Assembly (NCBI GenBank): GCA_965113315.1
Contig: OZ220374.1
DNA: 64,000 nt
Origin: Podarcis vaucheri
Taxonomy: Eukaryota
Direction: 5' to 3' (one strand)
Shown piece by piece: positions 12,230-24,883 of this stretch; within the stretch, counting starts at the first letter, position 1, and every line of letters begins with the position of its first letter. The notes beneath the pieces were generated by a model. The model saw only the letters and a list, made by a program, of their open reading frames with translations. It did not search any database and was not told the origin of the DNA. Both the position numbers and the translations under genes were made by a program.

Positions 12230-12541
12230 GAAGACCATAAGCAGGAGATGAGCTTGATAGCACTTACTCCTGCAATTGGCATTCAAATTACTGCCTCCAG
12301 CTGCGGAGACAGATCAGTAAAGAAGCAGCTAGTTGCCCTTTTCAAATACTTTTGCCAATTACTCCATCCCGATTATGCCTCACCAACACTATAACTGAAG
12401 ACTTTTGTTGAAGTCTCTCTGGTTCAACTCTGACTGACCTAAGAACCACAGGCCTGTTCTTTGCTGCCCTTTTGCCATCTTCCTCTGGCTCTCCCACCAG
12501 ATACCAGAGCCTACCGTTCTCCTAGCTTCCTTGGTCTACCA

Positions 12542-13403
12542 CAGGGTTACCAGATGTCCCTGGTTCCTGGGGACAGCCCCTGGATTTGCAAATCTGCAAA
12601 TTCCGTCCCTGGAATGTCCCCAGATTTGCAAATCTGTCCCCGGGAAAACGTGGCAGCAGCAGACTGGAGCCAGCCTGGTAGTGCAGTTGGCTCTGGCTGG
12701 CTTCAGGAGCTGCTTGCTACTCTGGTACCTGCCATTTTTCCTCACTGGAAGTCCCCATATGATGTGTCTTGTGTGCAACACACCATATAGGGACTTCGGG
12801 TGAGGAAAAATGGCGGGCACCATGGCAGCGAGCAGCTCCTGAAGCCAACTGCACTACCAGGCTGGCTCCGGACTGCTGAGGCTGCCACAGCTGCCCCCAC
12901 TGCCAAAGAGGAACCGGGGACGTCTCGCGGTACAGATCTCCTGCCCCCTCCCCCCTTTGTTTTGACTGATTGAGGGCAGCCATTGCCCAGTTTTTTAAAC
13001 ACTGCGCATTACGTTTCACAGGGTGGGAAAGAAGCGCTTTGCACCTTGCCTGGCAGAGAAACCGCGCACCTTGAGCCCCTCCTGGGCAACGGCCACTCAC
13101 CTGCCACTCCCGAGCCTCTCCCGATCTGTCAAAACAAAGGGGGAAGGGGGCAGGAGATTGGGGAAGGCTCAGGAGTCACAGGAGGGTGGCGCGCCATTGC
13201 ACAGTTTTTTAAAAACTCTGCGCATTTATGTTTGACAGGGTGAAAAAGAAGGGCTTTGCATCTTCATACAATATGCATGTGTGCTTAGGCCCAGGGTCTT
13301 TTGTCTCACCATCCTCACTACTGACTCCCTGTTGCTACTCAGCTTCCAAAAAAAAAAAAAAAAAGTGTCCCTGGATTCATTGAAAAAAAAGCTGGTAGCC
13401 ATA
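12542..13403. mobile_element. Non-autonomous hAT (Blackjack-like) element with a long internal inverted repeat
   Basis: Termini CAGGGTTACCAG / CTGGTAGCCATA; 8-bp TSD GTCTACCA / GTCTAGCA. Confidence 0.75.
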
Positions 13404-13560
13404 GTCTAGCACCAGCCAATCACACTGTCCAATCAAACATTCTAAACCTGCAACCACCAACTGGAATATGGATCCTTCTTTTGCATACGGAGAGTCCTAG
13501 ACAGAAGACTCCGCCTCTCACATCAAATTCATCACAATACAAATGGCAGAATGTTAAAAC

Positions 13561-13896
13561 CAGTGGTTCTCAAAGGGTTTGGCAGGAGATATTCCTGCAC
13601 TGCAGGGGGTTGGACTACATGATCCTTGTGTTCCCTTCCAACTCTACAATTCTATGATTCCATGATTTAACATTTCAGCATGGTATGGTATAGTATCAAA
13701 ATATTTTTTTATTTGCAGAATATGGATAGGTATCTTTTCAAAATTAGATGCAAGTGCATCAAGTTATACCGAGGACAATCCTACTTGTGTTTTCCAATGT
13801 TATTCCTTATCAATAAAAAAAATTTGGTGTGTTGTGGCCTAAGCAAATTTTTATTGTGAAAGTGTGGCTCAGAGAAAAAAAGTTTGAGAACCACAG
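13561..13896. mobile_element. hAT MITE containing a CR1 3'-end fragment (about 13580-13668)
   Basis: CAGTGGTTCTCAAA...TTTGAGAACCACAG; internal GGGTTGGACTA...CCTTCCAACTCT...ATTCTATGATTC CR1 tail. Confidence 0.65.
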
Positions 13897-14473
13897 TGTT
13901 GAATAATACCCATTAAACCACAGTTTGAACAAACAAGGCTTCTTCACACAACCTCACAAAGAGCTTCTTGACTTCTCACCACTGATGCTTAGCAATCTTA
14001 CCGGTTCAAAACCCTTAAAACCGGCAAATGCGCAGCTCCCATCCGTCCTCTTAGCTGGGAGCTGGGCTACCCACAATGAACCAAAACAAGCTCCTAAACC
14101 AGGGCGTACTTTGGTAATATGCCCCGTCACCCCACGCTCCCAATATTTGTTATTTTCACAATAATTCCTTTTGGTACATGAAATATACTTGGAGTCAAGT
14201 GTGGATTTCATGCTCTTTCTTCAGCTCAGAGTAGTGAGGAATGGAAGTTCCCCCGAAATGTCTGCTTTGTATACATTATTTACACAATGGGCCCCACCTG
14301 ATTGGCTAATTCTGGGATTCTCCTGTAGGCTAATCTGATTGCGGATTCACTTGCACCTGGAGTTGGATTGGGTGGCTCCTGCGGACCAATCAGACTCCTG
14401 CATTCTGGAGCCTATTGTTCTAGGACCAATCAGACTGCTGCATTTTGGATCCTATTCAACTCAGTACATAACA
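13897..14473 (-). mobile_element. LTR-like repeat with repeated CCAAT units
   Basis: TG...CA ends; duplicated ~39-bp GGACCAATCAGACT unit; no clear TSD. Confidence 0.4.
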
Positions 14474-14544
14474 GTACAGTTGCTTTTTTATAGATCTTCT
14501 CAGTAGCTACCCATATATGTATAGGCTTTATTAATTATTACTAT

Positions 14545-15620
14545 TAGCCCCCTCCGCTCGGCGCCCTGCACCGGGAAACCGCCAGCACCGCCCTAAAATT
14601 CTGCGCTGCTCTAAACAAAAACCAGGATCCTATGATTCTAAGAAAATATGCCCAACAAAACTGCATGACCAAGTGACTTCCGCGCGCGCGGTAGGACCCC
14701 GCCCCCCCTGCTAAAGCACCACGGGCTTGTGCGCCACGCTTCCTTCCACGAATAATAAAACAAAACATTATTATTATTATTAATGTTATTATTATATACC
14801 CCGCCCATCTGGATGGGTTTACCCAGCTATTCTGGGCGGCTGCCAACAAAACACGAGCACGGCGTGGAGCTCGGCCGCGCATTCACACGTGAACCAAACA
14901 CGTGAACACCGCTCCTCCCTTAGCGATGTACTTCACAAGCCTCCTAGGCAAGAGGGGATTGCCCGGCGGCTGCCGCTCCCACGCTGCGCTTTTGAACCCG
15001 GCGCTTCCCTTTCCGCGACGTCGCGGTGCATTTTTAAAAGGGGCCGCTCTCTCTCTCTCTCTCTCTCTAGCTCGCTTTCCGGCTCTCGTCCCTAAAGGGA
15101 GGAGCCGCGAGAAGCAGCGAAGGAGTTAACAACAACAATAAAGAAGCGGGGCGGGGAGAGGGCGCTCGCTCGCTCGCGAGAGAAGCGCTCAGGCGTCATT
15201 CACGCATGCGCACTTTAGGCTCCTCGTCTTCTCCCGCCAGCCTTCGGGAGGTTATGATTCTGGATTCCTCTGAGGGGAGGAAGGAAGCAGCGGCGGAGAG
15301 CTGAGGCGACGGGGTAAGCGGAAGGGGAGCGTCGCCTCGGCCTTTTTTCGCCCCTGTAGTGGGCGGGCACCCCACCCCGTCACACTTCTTCGCCCTCCCT
15401 GCCCAGTTTGCCTCAGTCGTGGTCGGGGCTTTCGGCTATGAGCCGTTCGAGGCAAGGAGAGGCTGAGGGGGGAGCGGAGGCCTCCCAGGGCTCCCAACCC
15501 CCGTCGCAAGGAAGAGCTTTCTGAGGTGTTCGGTGGGGGCTCCTCTCCCCGGATGGCCGCGTCTGCCGTGGATGCTTTGGCGAGATTCCCGGGTTGGGCT
15601 AGATGACCCTTGGAGGTCCC
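14545..15620 (+). promoter_or_regulatory. TOPBP1 CpG-island promoter
   Basis: CpG-rich; GC boxes near 15146-15156, CTCGCGAGA 15173-15181, NRF1-like GCATGCGCA 15204-15212, E2F-like TTCTCCCGCC 15229-15238. Confidence 0.8.
15240..15313 (+). other. TOPBP1: Probable non-coding exon 1 of TOPBP1 (5' boundary approximate)
   Basis: Strong donor GGG|GTAAGC inside the CpG island; the ATG exon at 17296 has its own acceptor. Confidence 0.55.
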
Positions 15621-15883
15621 CCTCCCGCTCTCCACTTCTATGATTCACGCACCCAAACCAAGCACAATGCCTGCCATGTCCCTTTACCTGCCATATGATG
15701 TGTGGGGCAGGTGGCCGTGGGTCCGTCCCACTGTATCCCCACAACCTGAATCGAGTCCCCTCAGCGCTGGCTTCCTGGTGCGCTTGAGGACAATGCACCC
15801 TTCCTTGCAAACGGCGGTGCAGGATGCTGGACTAAGATGGGCCTTTGACCCCGACCCAGCAGGGCTCTTCCTTGGTTCTTAAG

Positions 15884-16113
15884 CAAGGGGTCAGCAAACT
15901 TTTTTCAGCAGGGTCCCTCAGACCTTGTGGGGGGGGGGCGGACTATATTTTTTGGGGGGAAATGAAAGAATTCCTATGCCCCACAAATAACCCAGAGATG
16001 CATTTTAAATAAAAACACACACTCTACTCATGTAAAAACACGCTGATTCCCGGGCCGGATTTAGAAGGTGACTGGCTGGATCCGGCCCCCGGGCCTTAGT
16101 TTGCCTACCCATT
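15884..16113. mobile_element. hAT-type MITE (same family as 9207-9437)
   Basis: Shared internal sequence; imperfect TSD TTCTTAAG / TTCTTATC. Confidence 0.75.
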
Positions 16114-16254
16114 TTCTTATCTGTGCTTAGCTTGGAACCAGCCGGCGCCTAGACCAGTGGTTCCCCACCTTTTTTGGCCATGACCCTCCTAAGCATCTCT
16201 AAAATCCTAAAGCCCCCGCTCGTGTGACGTAAAATACTTACTATAGTATTCAAG

Positions 16255-16590
16255 GGGGATGTGGGTGGCACTGTGGGTTAAACCACAGAGCCTAGGACTT
16301 GTCGATCAGAAGGTCAGCGGTTCGAATCCCCGCAACGGGTGAGCTCCGGTTGCTCATTCCCTGCTCCTGCCAACCTAGCAGTTCGAAAGCAAGTAGATAA
16401 ATAGGTACCACTCCGGCGGGAAGTTAAGCGGCGTTTCCATGCGCTGCTCTGGCTCGCCAGAAGCGGCTTAGTCATGCTGGCCACATGACCCGGAAGCTGT
16501 ACGCCGGCTCCCTCGGCCTATAGAGTGAGATGAGCATTGCAACCCTAGAGTTGGCCACGACGACCTAATGGTCAGGGGTCCCTTTACTTT
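16255..16590 (+). mobile_element. Sauria SINE, full length
   Basis: tRNA-like head with GGTTCGAATCC box B, GTAGATAAATAGGTACC core, CCTTTAC tail, imperfect TSD. Confidence 0.9.
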
Positions 16591-17302
16591 TTTTTTACAG
16601 TGTTCAAAAAGTGAGCTCCTATTCACGTGGAGGGAAGCCTAAAAGGCCATTAACTTGGTCTAAACAAGCTACCAAATTGCCTCCCGCCCCCATGGGAACC
16701 ATGGGCCTCTACATAAGATTGTGCCTAAGATACACCTGGCCATTGTTTGTTTTTGCCTATGGGGTTTGGAGCCAACAGCAGCCTCCCATTTTCCTTCCTC
16801 AATGTATGGCAGAGGAAGTGGACAGGTGTCGTCAAGCACCTGGCCTTCAGCAGCAGTCCTACCTGAAGGGGGATTGTTGGGAAGTTGCAACATCCTTGCC
16901 TTGCCTGCCACATCAGGCTACATTGGGGCGCAAGCCTGGGCAATGTGTGCGCCTCCATCCTGAACTGCCCAGACAACAAACATAAATGCAGGCTGTATAT
17001 TCTCATAAAGTCTTTTATGAATAACTGATAGGAATATAAACAAAGAGAACTAATCAGGAGTAATCATCGTTAGTAAAGAGGACATTGGGATTTTTGTCAA
17101 ATGGGTTGTTACTGTATTTTAAAGTAAGCAGAAAACAGGTGCTTCCTAACAGCCATCATAGTTTGGTAAAAACTGGTCTGTGCCATAGTATCCGCATGCA
17201 TAGGTTTCCACTAGCAATTGATTTTTCCACTAATCTGTTCATAATAGTTTTCCTTTCTAAATAAAGCTAAATCTGCTTTCCTATTTCTTCATTAGTTGAA
17301 CA

Positions 17303-17383
17303 ATGAAAAATAGCAAGGAACCATATTTTGTGAAGTTTATAAAGTCTGCAGAAAACTCAGAATTTTTCCTTCAGGCCCTTGAG
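17303..17383 (+). CDS. TOPBP1: TOPBP1 coding exon 1
   Basis: MKNSKEPYFVKFIKSAENSEFFLQALE; acceptor ends 17295, donor GTAAGC. Confidence 0.9.
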
Positions 17384-17859
17384 GTAAGCTTATTTAGTAT
17401 GTGGAGTTGATCTGTGAATGTAATGTGATCAATGAATACCTTTTTATATGTATTTTAAATATTAAGTTTTGTGTGTTGAAAAAGTAAACAGCAATTTTAT
17501 GGTTTATCTCACTGTAAACAAAGCACAAATTGTAGCCAAGATTTGCTTTATGACTTGTCTCTTGTAGTTTGTCTAGAGAACGTAAACAACAAGCCCTGGT
17601 TCAGATGTAATTCTAAGTTAAACTATGGTTTAGTGCAGCAGCTGCAATCTTCTCTCTGAGAACCTAGATGTTTGTAGTAGGCTATGGTTTGGCTTACAGT
17701 TATTTCTGAACTGGCCCAATATTTTGAATTGAATGTGAATATGTTTTTAGTAAGTATAACCAGGTACAGGCATATTTCAGTGCAACCACCGTTTATATTC
17801 AAAGAAACTGTTTACAAATCTACAGAATACTTGCCTACTGCTTTTGTTATATTTTGCAG

Positions 17860-17994
17860 TCCATCAAAGAATTTCAGTCAGAAGAATCCCTCCAGATTCT
17901 TGAAAATACAGCTGCACTGAAGATACAAGAGAATGACAAATCCCTTTATATTTGTGATCAGTTCAGTGGCATTGTTTTTAATCACCTTCAAAAG
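17860..17994 (+). CDS. TOPBP1: TOPBP1 coding exon 2 (BRCT0)
   Basis: SIKEFQSEE...SLYICDQFSGIVFNHLQK; AG/GT. Confidence 0.9.
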
Positions 17995-18780
17995 GTTTGT
18001 GTTTTATTTACATAGTGACTTTGTTAATGCAGTATCTTGATAAATTCTAAAGGAATTGAAAATCTGTTCTTGTAATTAACACACACACACTAATGTTATC
18101 GGGTGGGGAGGGAAGTGGATGTAGATGTATCTCACCTCTGTTTTTAATTATTTCACGGAGAGCAGATTTATGTCAGTATTTCTGTATGTTCCTGTGGGAA
18201 TCAAGTGTAGGCTAGCACGGTGTTCTGCAAGATGCTGTTTGACTCCAGCTCCCATCATCCTCCGCCAGCTTAGCCAATGGTCAGGGATGATGGGAGTTGG
18301 AGTCCAACAACATCTGAGGACCCAACATTGAAGAAGACTGGACTAGCAGAACCTAATGTGGATACTGGGACTATAAATGGGATGAAGAAATAGATGGTTT
18401 ATATGTCATTATTTGCCTTCTGAAATAATCCAGTGTCATCTGATTGAACAGTTGTCCACGTGTATATTGTTAGTATTGCAAGATATGTACTGACACACAA
18501 TCATAGATTTGTAGAGTTGGAAGGGACCCTAAGGATCATCTAGTCTAAACCCCTGCAATGCAGGAATATGCAGCTGTCTCATTTGGGGGTCAAACCTGCA
18601 ACCTTGGCACCAAACTTGTCTGACCCCCTCCTTTGGCAATCCACACAGAACTCTAGCTCAACGGTTGCCATTAATCTGATTTTAATTGATTTTATAATGA
18701 AATGATTTTAGAATGTATCATTTTAATGTTGTTAGCCACTCTGAGCCTGGCTTCGGCTGGGGAGGGCAGGATATAAATAA

Positions 18781-18832
<52 letters not shown>
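18781..18832. repeat. (ATT)n microsatellite
   Basis: Direct reading. Confidence 0.95.
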
Positions 18833-18939
18833 GCTTTTTTTTTTTAGGCGTGCCATGTGTATTGGAAGTGTGGGAGAACAGTTTTTCTAAGGAAAAAGTT
18901 CCTATTTACCATCTTGTTTTGTCTTATCTCTTGTTTCAG

Positions 18940-19083
18940 CTTGGTTGCAGAATTGTTGGACCACAAGTAGTTGTCTACTGTATGCAGAACCAGCGATGTG
19001 TGCCAAGGGCAGACCATCCAGTATTTAATATGACAATGGCTGATGTAACTGTATCCTGTACAAGCCTTCAAAAAGAAACTAGG
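18940..19083 (+). CDS. TOPBP1: TOPBP1 coding exon 3
   Basis: [11 protein letters not shown]...[23 protein letters not shown]. Confidence 0.92.
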
Positions 19084-19846
19084 GTAATTCTTTTTTATTG
19101 GTGTGTTTTGAAGAGTTGGGTGTTCATCTTATTGTAAGCATCTAGTCATAACTAGGAGTCAAATTGTCTTTTGATATGTCACCATTTCAGCTAAATAGAT
19201 AGATTTGCCATTGATGCCTTGAAATCAAGATCAGAAGGGCCAAAACTCTTCATTGCAGCAAGAACATTACCTTGCTTAAAACATCATTGATAAATGTCTA
19301 ATTTTGTAAACCACATCAATTTTATACCTTAAGAAAATATATTCCGTTGCCCTTCTCTTTGATTTAGGAACGCTTTAGTAATATGTAACACAGATCTGTT
19401 CTTTGCTAATTTATACATATTAGTAGTACTTGTCCTTTTCTTTTGACAGTGCGGAAAGGTTGTCAGACATTTCAAGATTATCATGAATCTTCCCTGTCTT
19501 CTTTTTCTGCAGTCTGAAAATACCTACTTTGAGTCTGCTATTTTATATATTTATTGAAACATTTATGTACCACCTTTCATCTAATCTGGATTTAAGGGTG
19601 TTTTACAACAAAAATGTGCATCGCAGGCATGCTTTTTATTTTTATTTTTGCTTTTCCTTGAATCATCTTAAGTCTGCCAGTATTGTCTACTAAATGCGCT
19701 GTGCACACCTGACACTATTTCAGCTGTACTTCTGTTAGCTTTATGATACCATATTATTGTTTTTGTTTATAGTGTTTTGCTAATCCTCATTTGATCTGCT
19801 TTGTCTTGGTTTATTTTCATTTGCTGCTGTTTTTTCTCTTTCATAG

Positions 19847-20028
19847 GAAGAAGTCCACAAGTATGTGCAGATGATGGGCGGCCGTGTATATAGAGATCTT
19901 AATGTGTCAGTAACACATCTTATAGCTGGAGAAGTTGGAAGCAAGAAATATTTAGTTGCTGCTAACTTAAAAAAACCCATTTTGCTTCCCTCCTGGGTAA
20001 AAGCATTGTGGGATAAATCCCAACATAG
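19847..20028 (+). CDS. TOPBP1: TOPBP1 coding exon 4 (BRCT1)
   Basis: [38 protein letters not shown]...W. Confidence 0.93.
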
Positions 20029-20753
20029 GTAAGACTACATTCGTGCAATTAGAAAAGTAATACTATTTGCAGTGTTTGAAACTCCCGTTGTTTTAGGTGC
20101 ATTTTGCGACAGGGAATTTCATTAGCGTGAGCCGTTTCTGAGCTCTGGGCACCTAAGATTTCATATTAAAACTGCAGAGTGGAAGGAAAGGAGGACCTTT
20201 TTCTGCCTCCCCACTTCCAGCTACTCTCTGAAGACTGGAGAAGAAACCCTCTTAAGAATATTAGAGGGGTGAGCAGGGGAAGGACTAGACCATGTGAAAA
20301 ATGAACATAATATTTTAGCTGCATTTATTCATTTTCAGCTTTGTATTCTCGTTATAAAAAAGTGCACCTAGACATTCTGTTGTTGCACCCATGACCTAGG
20401 TTTCAGGTTCTATTTAGCTCCTAGCTTTCATATTTCGGTTTCTAACACTGACTACTTGAAAAATTCTGAGCTATGGTACGGTATTCTCCAAATAGTAATT
20501 TAAACTTATATGTTAGTTGATCATGTTGCAAAGTGCAAGCTTCATACCATTGACATAAAAAAGACATACTGTGTTGTTCTTTACTTGGATTTATAGGAGA
20601 AGGTTTAAACACCTAAGAATGATGATATATCCTTGACTCTGTTGCATAGCCACTAAATTCTGTACTGGCTTTACTTAACTCATGCACAACTCTTTTTTTC
20701 TGCTAATGAAGAGAAATGGCAAGACATACTTTTATTGCTCTTGTTCCCAACAG

Positions 20754-20947
20754 GATGTTTAGATATACAGACATCAATATGGAAGACTACCTATGCCCTT
20801 TGTTTCTTGGTTGTACAATCTGTGTGACTGGTTTAAGCAGTGCAGACCGAAAAGCAGTCCAGCGTATCACTATCGAGAATGGTGGTCAGTATACAGGGCA
20901 ACTTAAGATGAATGAATGTACCCATCTTATTGTTCAAGAACCAAAAG
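20754..20947 (+). CDS. TOPBP1: TOPBP1 coding exon 5 (BRCT2)
   Basis: [25 protein letters not shown]...[12 protein letters not shown]. Confidence 0.93.
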
Positions 20948-22357
20948 GTAATTTTTTTAAAAAAATTGTTGAATTCAGGAGGATTCTTGTGTATTTGTGT
21001 AAAATAATTTGGTTTCACATCTTGAATGCAGGCAGACTCGTTTCAATTTGACATGCTGCAAAACATGTCAAATAGCAAGCTGTTTATGCTGCCATCTATG
21101 GTGTGCTGTCTGACAAATCAATGAACAGAGTCCTCATGGCAACAAAAATGCCATGCAATCCATTGTTCACAACCACTTCCAGCATTCCTTTCCTTCCTTT
21201 CTCCTTCCACATGGAGACTGGGAGTGAGCCTCTGGCTTTCATGCTTCCGTTTTCACTCTGTATAGAGAAGAATTTTCAGTATCAAGGGTTAGGGAATATC
21301 TCACATAAACAGAAGGAAAATGCTTCTCTTTTCCCAAAAGAAGGACACTAAAAAAACCCCACTGAACCACTTCATTACTTTGGAAAAGTGGAAAATGCTT
21401 TTTCAAGTACTCTCACAAGCAACCATTTTATTCCCTCTACACTCTATGTGTTAGGGGTAGATACCCCTTTTGAAGTTGAGGACCACATTATCTTGGAGGG
21501 AAAACAGTTGTGGGCACATACTGCTGGTGCGTGAGCCCAGAGCTGGCAGTGAGTAGGACCAAACTTGGAAAGGAGATGGAGCACAACTTCATCACTCTCT
21601 TTACCATATCTCTCATCTCCTTCAAGTATTCATTTTCTCTCTCCCCACTCTATACACAAGCATGCAATTTCATTCATTGTCCATTCATTTCACCACCATT
21701 ATTGGCGTAGAGGGATGCCAGAGGGCAAATAGGTAAGAAGGGTCTTATTGCCTGTGGACTGAAGGCTGCCCACCTGTCTTATCACTAACAGGACTGCATT
21801 TGGCCAAATTTAGAACAGCTTTTTCCAGAGCCTGAAAATGATGCAAGGAATTTAATTCAGTGTGTAAAATCTGCATATGGTTTGGCCAGAGAGTGTAATG
21901 GGATCAGGCATATGTATATATTTGAGTAACAGCAGCGTGATAGATTGAAAATAATAAACTAAGGCTGCCATGCATTTGCACATTTATTTGGACATACATT
22001 CTATTGAAATGAAGAAACATCATCTGGATGCAAATTGACAGTATGTTAAAATCACAGTTGATAATTACAAAAAAGAATGCATTGTTTTCTGCTAGCTGTG
22101 TTTTACTTCCTGCATTGCCAGAATGGTTAAACCAACACTTAAATCATTGTGGTTTGACTGCAATGTTTTGTTTCTTCAGGGTTTCTCTTAAGGATGTGTT
22201 TAAATCTTGGGTGCTGTATCACCCCAAACAAGAATTAAGAAACAAAAGTTTGCTATTTTTTTTTAAAAAAATGCTTGAATATCTGTCCCTATATATTTAT
22301 CTGAGGAACTTATTTTAATATTAACTTTAACTGTATTTGTTTTTGTACTTGGGACAG

Positions 22358-22537
22358 GGCAGAAATATGAATGCGCAAGAAGGTGGAATGTCCACTGCAT
22401 TTCAGTCCAGTGGTTTTTTGACAGCATTGAGAAGGGATTTTGCCAGGATGAATCCATGTACACAGTCGACCTTAAAGCAAAGCAAGAAAGTGCACCAAGC
22501 ACATCAACTCCTACTAGCCTAACTTGCAAGCTCGATA
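22358..22537 (+). CDS. TOPBP1: TOPBP1 coding exon 6
   Basis: [35 protein letters not shown]. Confidence 0.93.
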
Positions 22538-23675
22538 GTAAGTATTAAGTTCTGTAATGTGTTAACTTCTCTATGAACAGAAAAATTAGAGATCTTTATA
22601 GCATTATGATTTGATTTATCACTTTTAATGTCTATTTTTGCAGATTTTTTGGCTCATAAACTTTGACAACCTGTGTACTAGTCTAGGTTTTCTATTATTT
22701 TGGAAATGTTTGGAGCCCAAGGCAAGAGCAGCCTTGTTGTGTTTTTCAAGTAGACAAGTAGGGCTTGCAAAAAAAAGTTGTAGCTTGGAGTGCTCTTGTT
22801 TAAGGTTCCAGCCATGGCTTTCCTGAGCCTGTTGATACCTCTCTGTTGTGTATGGATGGTGTTGTTTAGGCTTTATAATAATCCACACTTTGAGAATGAG
22901 CTTGCTGTTAGTATGCAGGATGACTACAATATCTTGCCATAGTTCCAAGGGGAAAACAAGGCCTCTGGTTGTTAGTAAACTGAGGATTAAATGCATACAG
23001 AGTACTTACTCAGTAGTAAAAATCCTTTGTATTGTATTCATTGGGCTATACGTGCTAGTATGTGTGTTAGGATTGCAACCTTAAGTGTTCTCTGTAGTTA
23101 AAATAATTCATCCATATATTGTTTTTGTTCCATATTTAAATCACTGTATGAAATACTGTATGAAATCCTTAAAGCCTTAAAATATATTTAGAATAATAGA
23201 ATCATGGAGTTGTAGAGTTGGAAGAGACCACAAGGGTTATCTAGTCCAACCCCCTGCACTGCAGGAATCTTTTGCCCAACCCTGAGATTGAGAGTCTCAT
23301 GGTCTTCCAACTGAGCTATCCTAGCTTGAAAAACAAGAATTCCCTTAAATTTATTGTCACTTCTTTCTTTGGTCCACATTCTCTCCTTAAGGACAGAAGA
23401 AAATTCATAACTTAGGAAATAATTATTTTGAGTAATCTGTCTTCTTGGAGGGACCTGAATAAGCATTAGGAAGCAGAACGTGAGTTCTGTCTATATACAA
23501 TAGCAGACCACTATATTCAGTGTGATGGAACTGGGCTAGTTGTTAATAAATGCTAAAATAAATAATAACCTTGGGATTTTACCCTTTTTTCTTATACCAA
23601 AATAAAAAGGTAGTAGATATAACATTTTCTCGAAATAACTCCTAACTTTTGTCTCTATCTGCATTTTATTCAAAG

Positions 23676-23845
23676 GTCGAACACTCTCAGATGTCAGCCA
23701 CATTTCAAATATTAATTTAAGCGGTGTTAATGAAACCTCTTGTAATTCTACTATGAATAGCAGGCTGGATCCCTCTTCAGATGACCTGAACAACTTGGAT
23801 ACAAGTTCTTTGCAAGCACCTGAAGATTTACTAGATGGATGCAGA
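23676..23845 (+). CDS. TOPBP1: TOPBP1 coding exon 7
   Basis: [13 protein letters not shown]...[11 protein letters not shown]. Confidence 0.9.
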
Positions 23846-24062
23846 GTATGTCTAAATGTGCATGTGCATATTTACCCAAGTAATAAATGTTGATGATGAT
23901 ACTGATGATGAGAATACAGCCATTTTGGACACCTCAAACTATATAGTTTGTGAGTTTTGCTGAGCAGAATTAGGTATTAAATTCATGAGTGACTTGCTTG
24001 GGAGCATTGCTGTCCTAAAGTCAGGATAGGTAGCTAAAAGGTATTAAGATGATCTCCTAGAA

Positions 24063-24389
24063 CAGTGTTTTTCAACCACTGTTCGAGATGTTGCCTGGTG
24101 TGCCGTGGGAAAAATTGAAAAATTCGAAAGATTTTTTTTTTTAAAAAAGTCAAATTTTCGCCCACTAGGCGGGTGCTGGACTGTGTCCACCCTATTTTCC
24201 ATCCATCCTGGGTGGGGATCAGATTGGATGGGATCGGATGAGAGCGGACAGGCGGTCCGCTCTCATCCGATTCCCCATAGAGAGCAGCGGGGCTCTGACA
24301 TCTCCCTCTCCGCACACAGTGGTGGTGTGCCTCGTGATTTTTTTCATGAAACAAGTGTGCCTTTGCCCCCAAAAGGTTGAAAAACACTG
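24063..24389. mobile_element. hAT (Charlie-like) MITE with a perfect 8-bp TSD
   Basis: TIR CAGTGTTTTTCAACC / GGTTGAAAAACACTG; TSD TCCTAGAA on both sides; ends shared with the element at 57885-58388. Confidence 0.9.
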
Positions 24390-24679
24390 TCCTAGAACAC
24401 CACTCACATAGCCTAGCTGCTTCCTTTGTGGTTTTCCTTGTAATGGAATTAAACGCAATCAAGATTAGTTGTCTTCATGCATTTGGTTACTGATACCCTG
24501 TAATTGTAAAAGTTGACAATCAATAGGAGACATAGGTACAGAAAGTGATGTGTACTGAACAGTGACTTACAGATTTAGTAGTGGAAGCTGCTGGAGAGAA
24601 TTTAAAATAAAGCTGCGACTGAATTTGGAGTCTCTCAGTGTGCCAGTAAACCACGATTTTTCTCTACCCTTTCTTGTAG

Positions 24680-24846
24680 ATTTACCTTTGTGGCTTTAGT
24701 GGCAGAAAATTAGATAAGATGAGAAAGCTTATTAACTCCGGAGGTGGTGTTCGTTTTAATCAACTCAATGAAGATGTGACACATGTCATTGTGGGTGACT
24801 ATGATGATGAAGAACTTAAACTGTTTTTGAAGAAGACCACACAGAG
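24680..24846 (+). CDS. TOPBP1: TOPBP1 coding exon 8 (BRCT3)
   Basis: [40 protein letters not shown]. Confidence 0.93.
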
Positions 24847-24883
24847 GTACTGATAATAACATGTCTTGTAGTGCAATCCTAAA

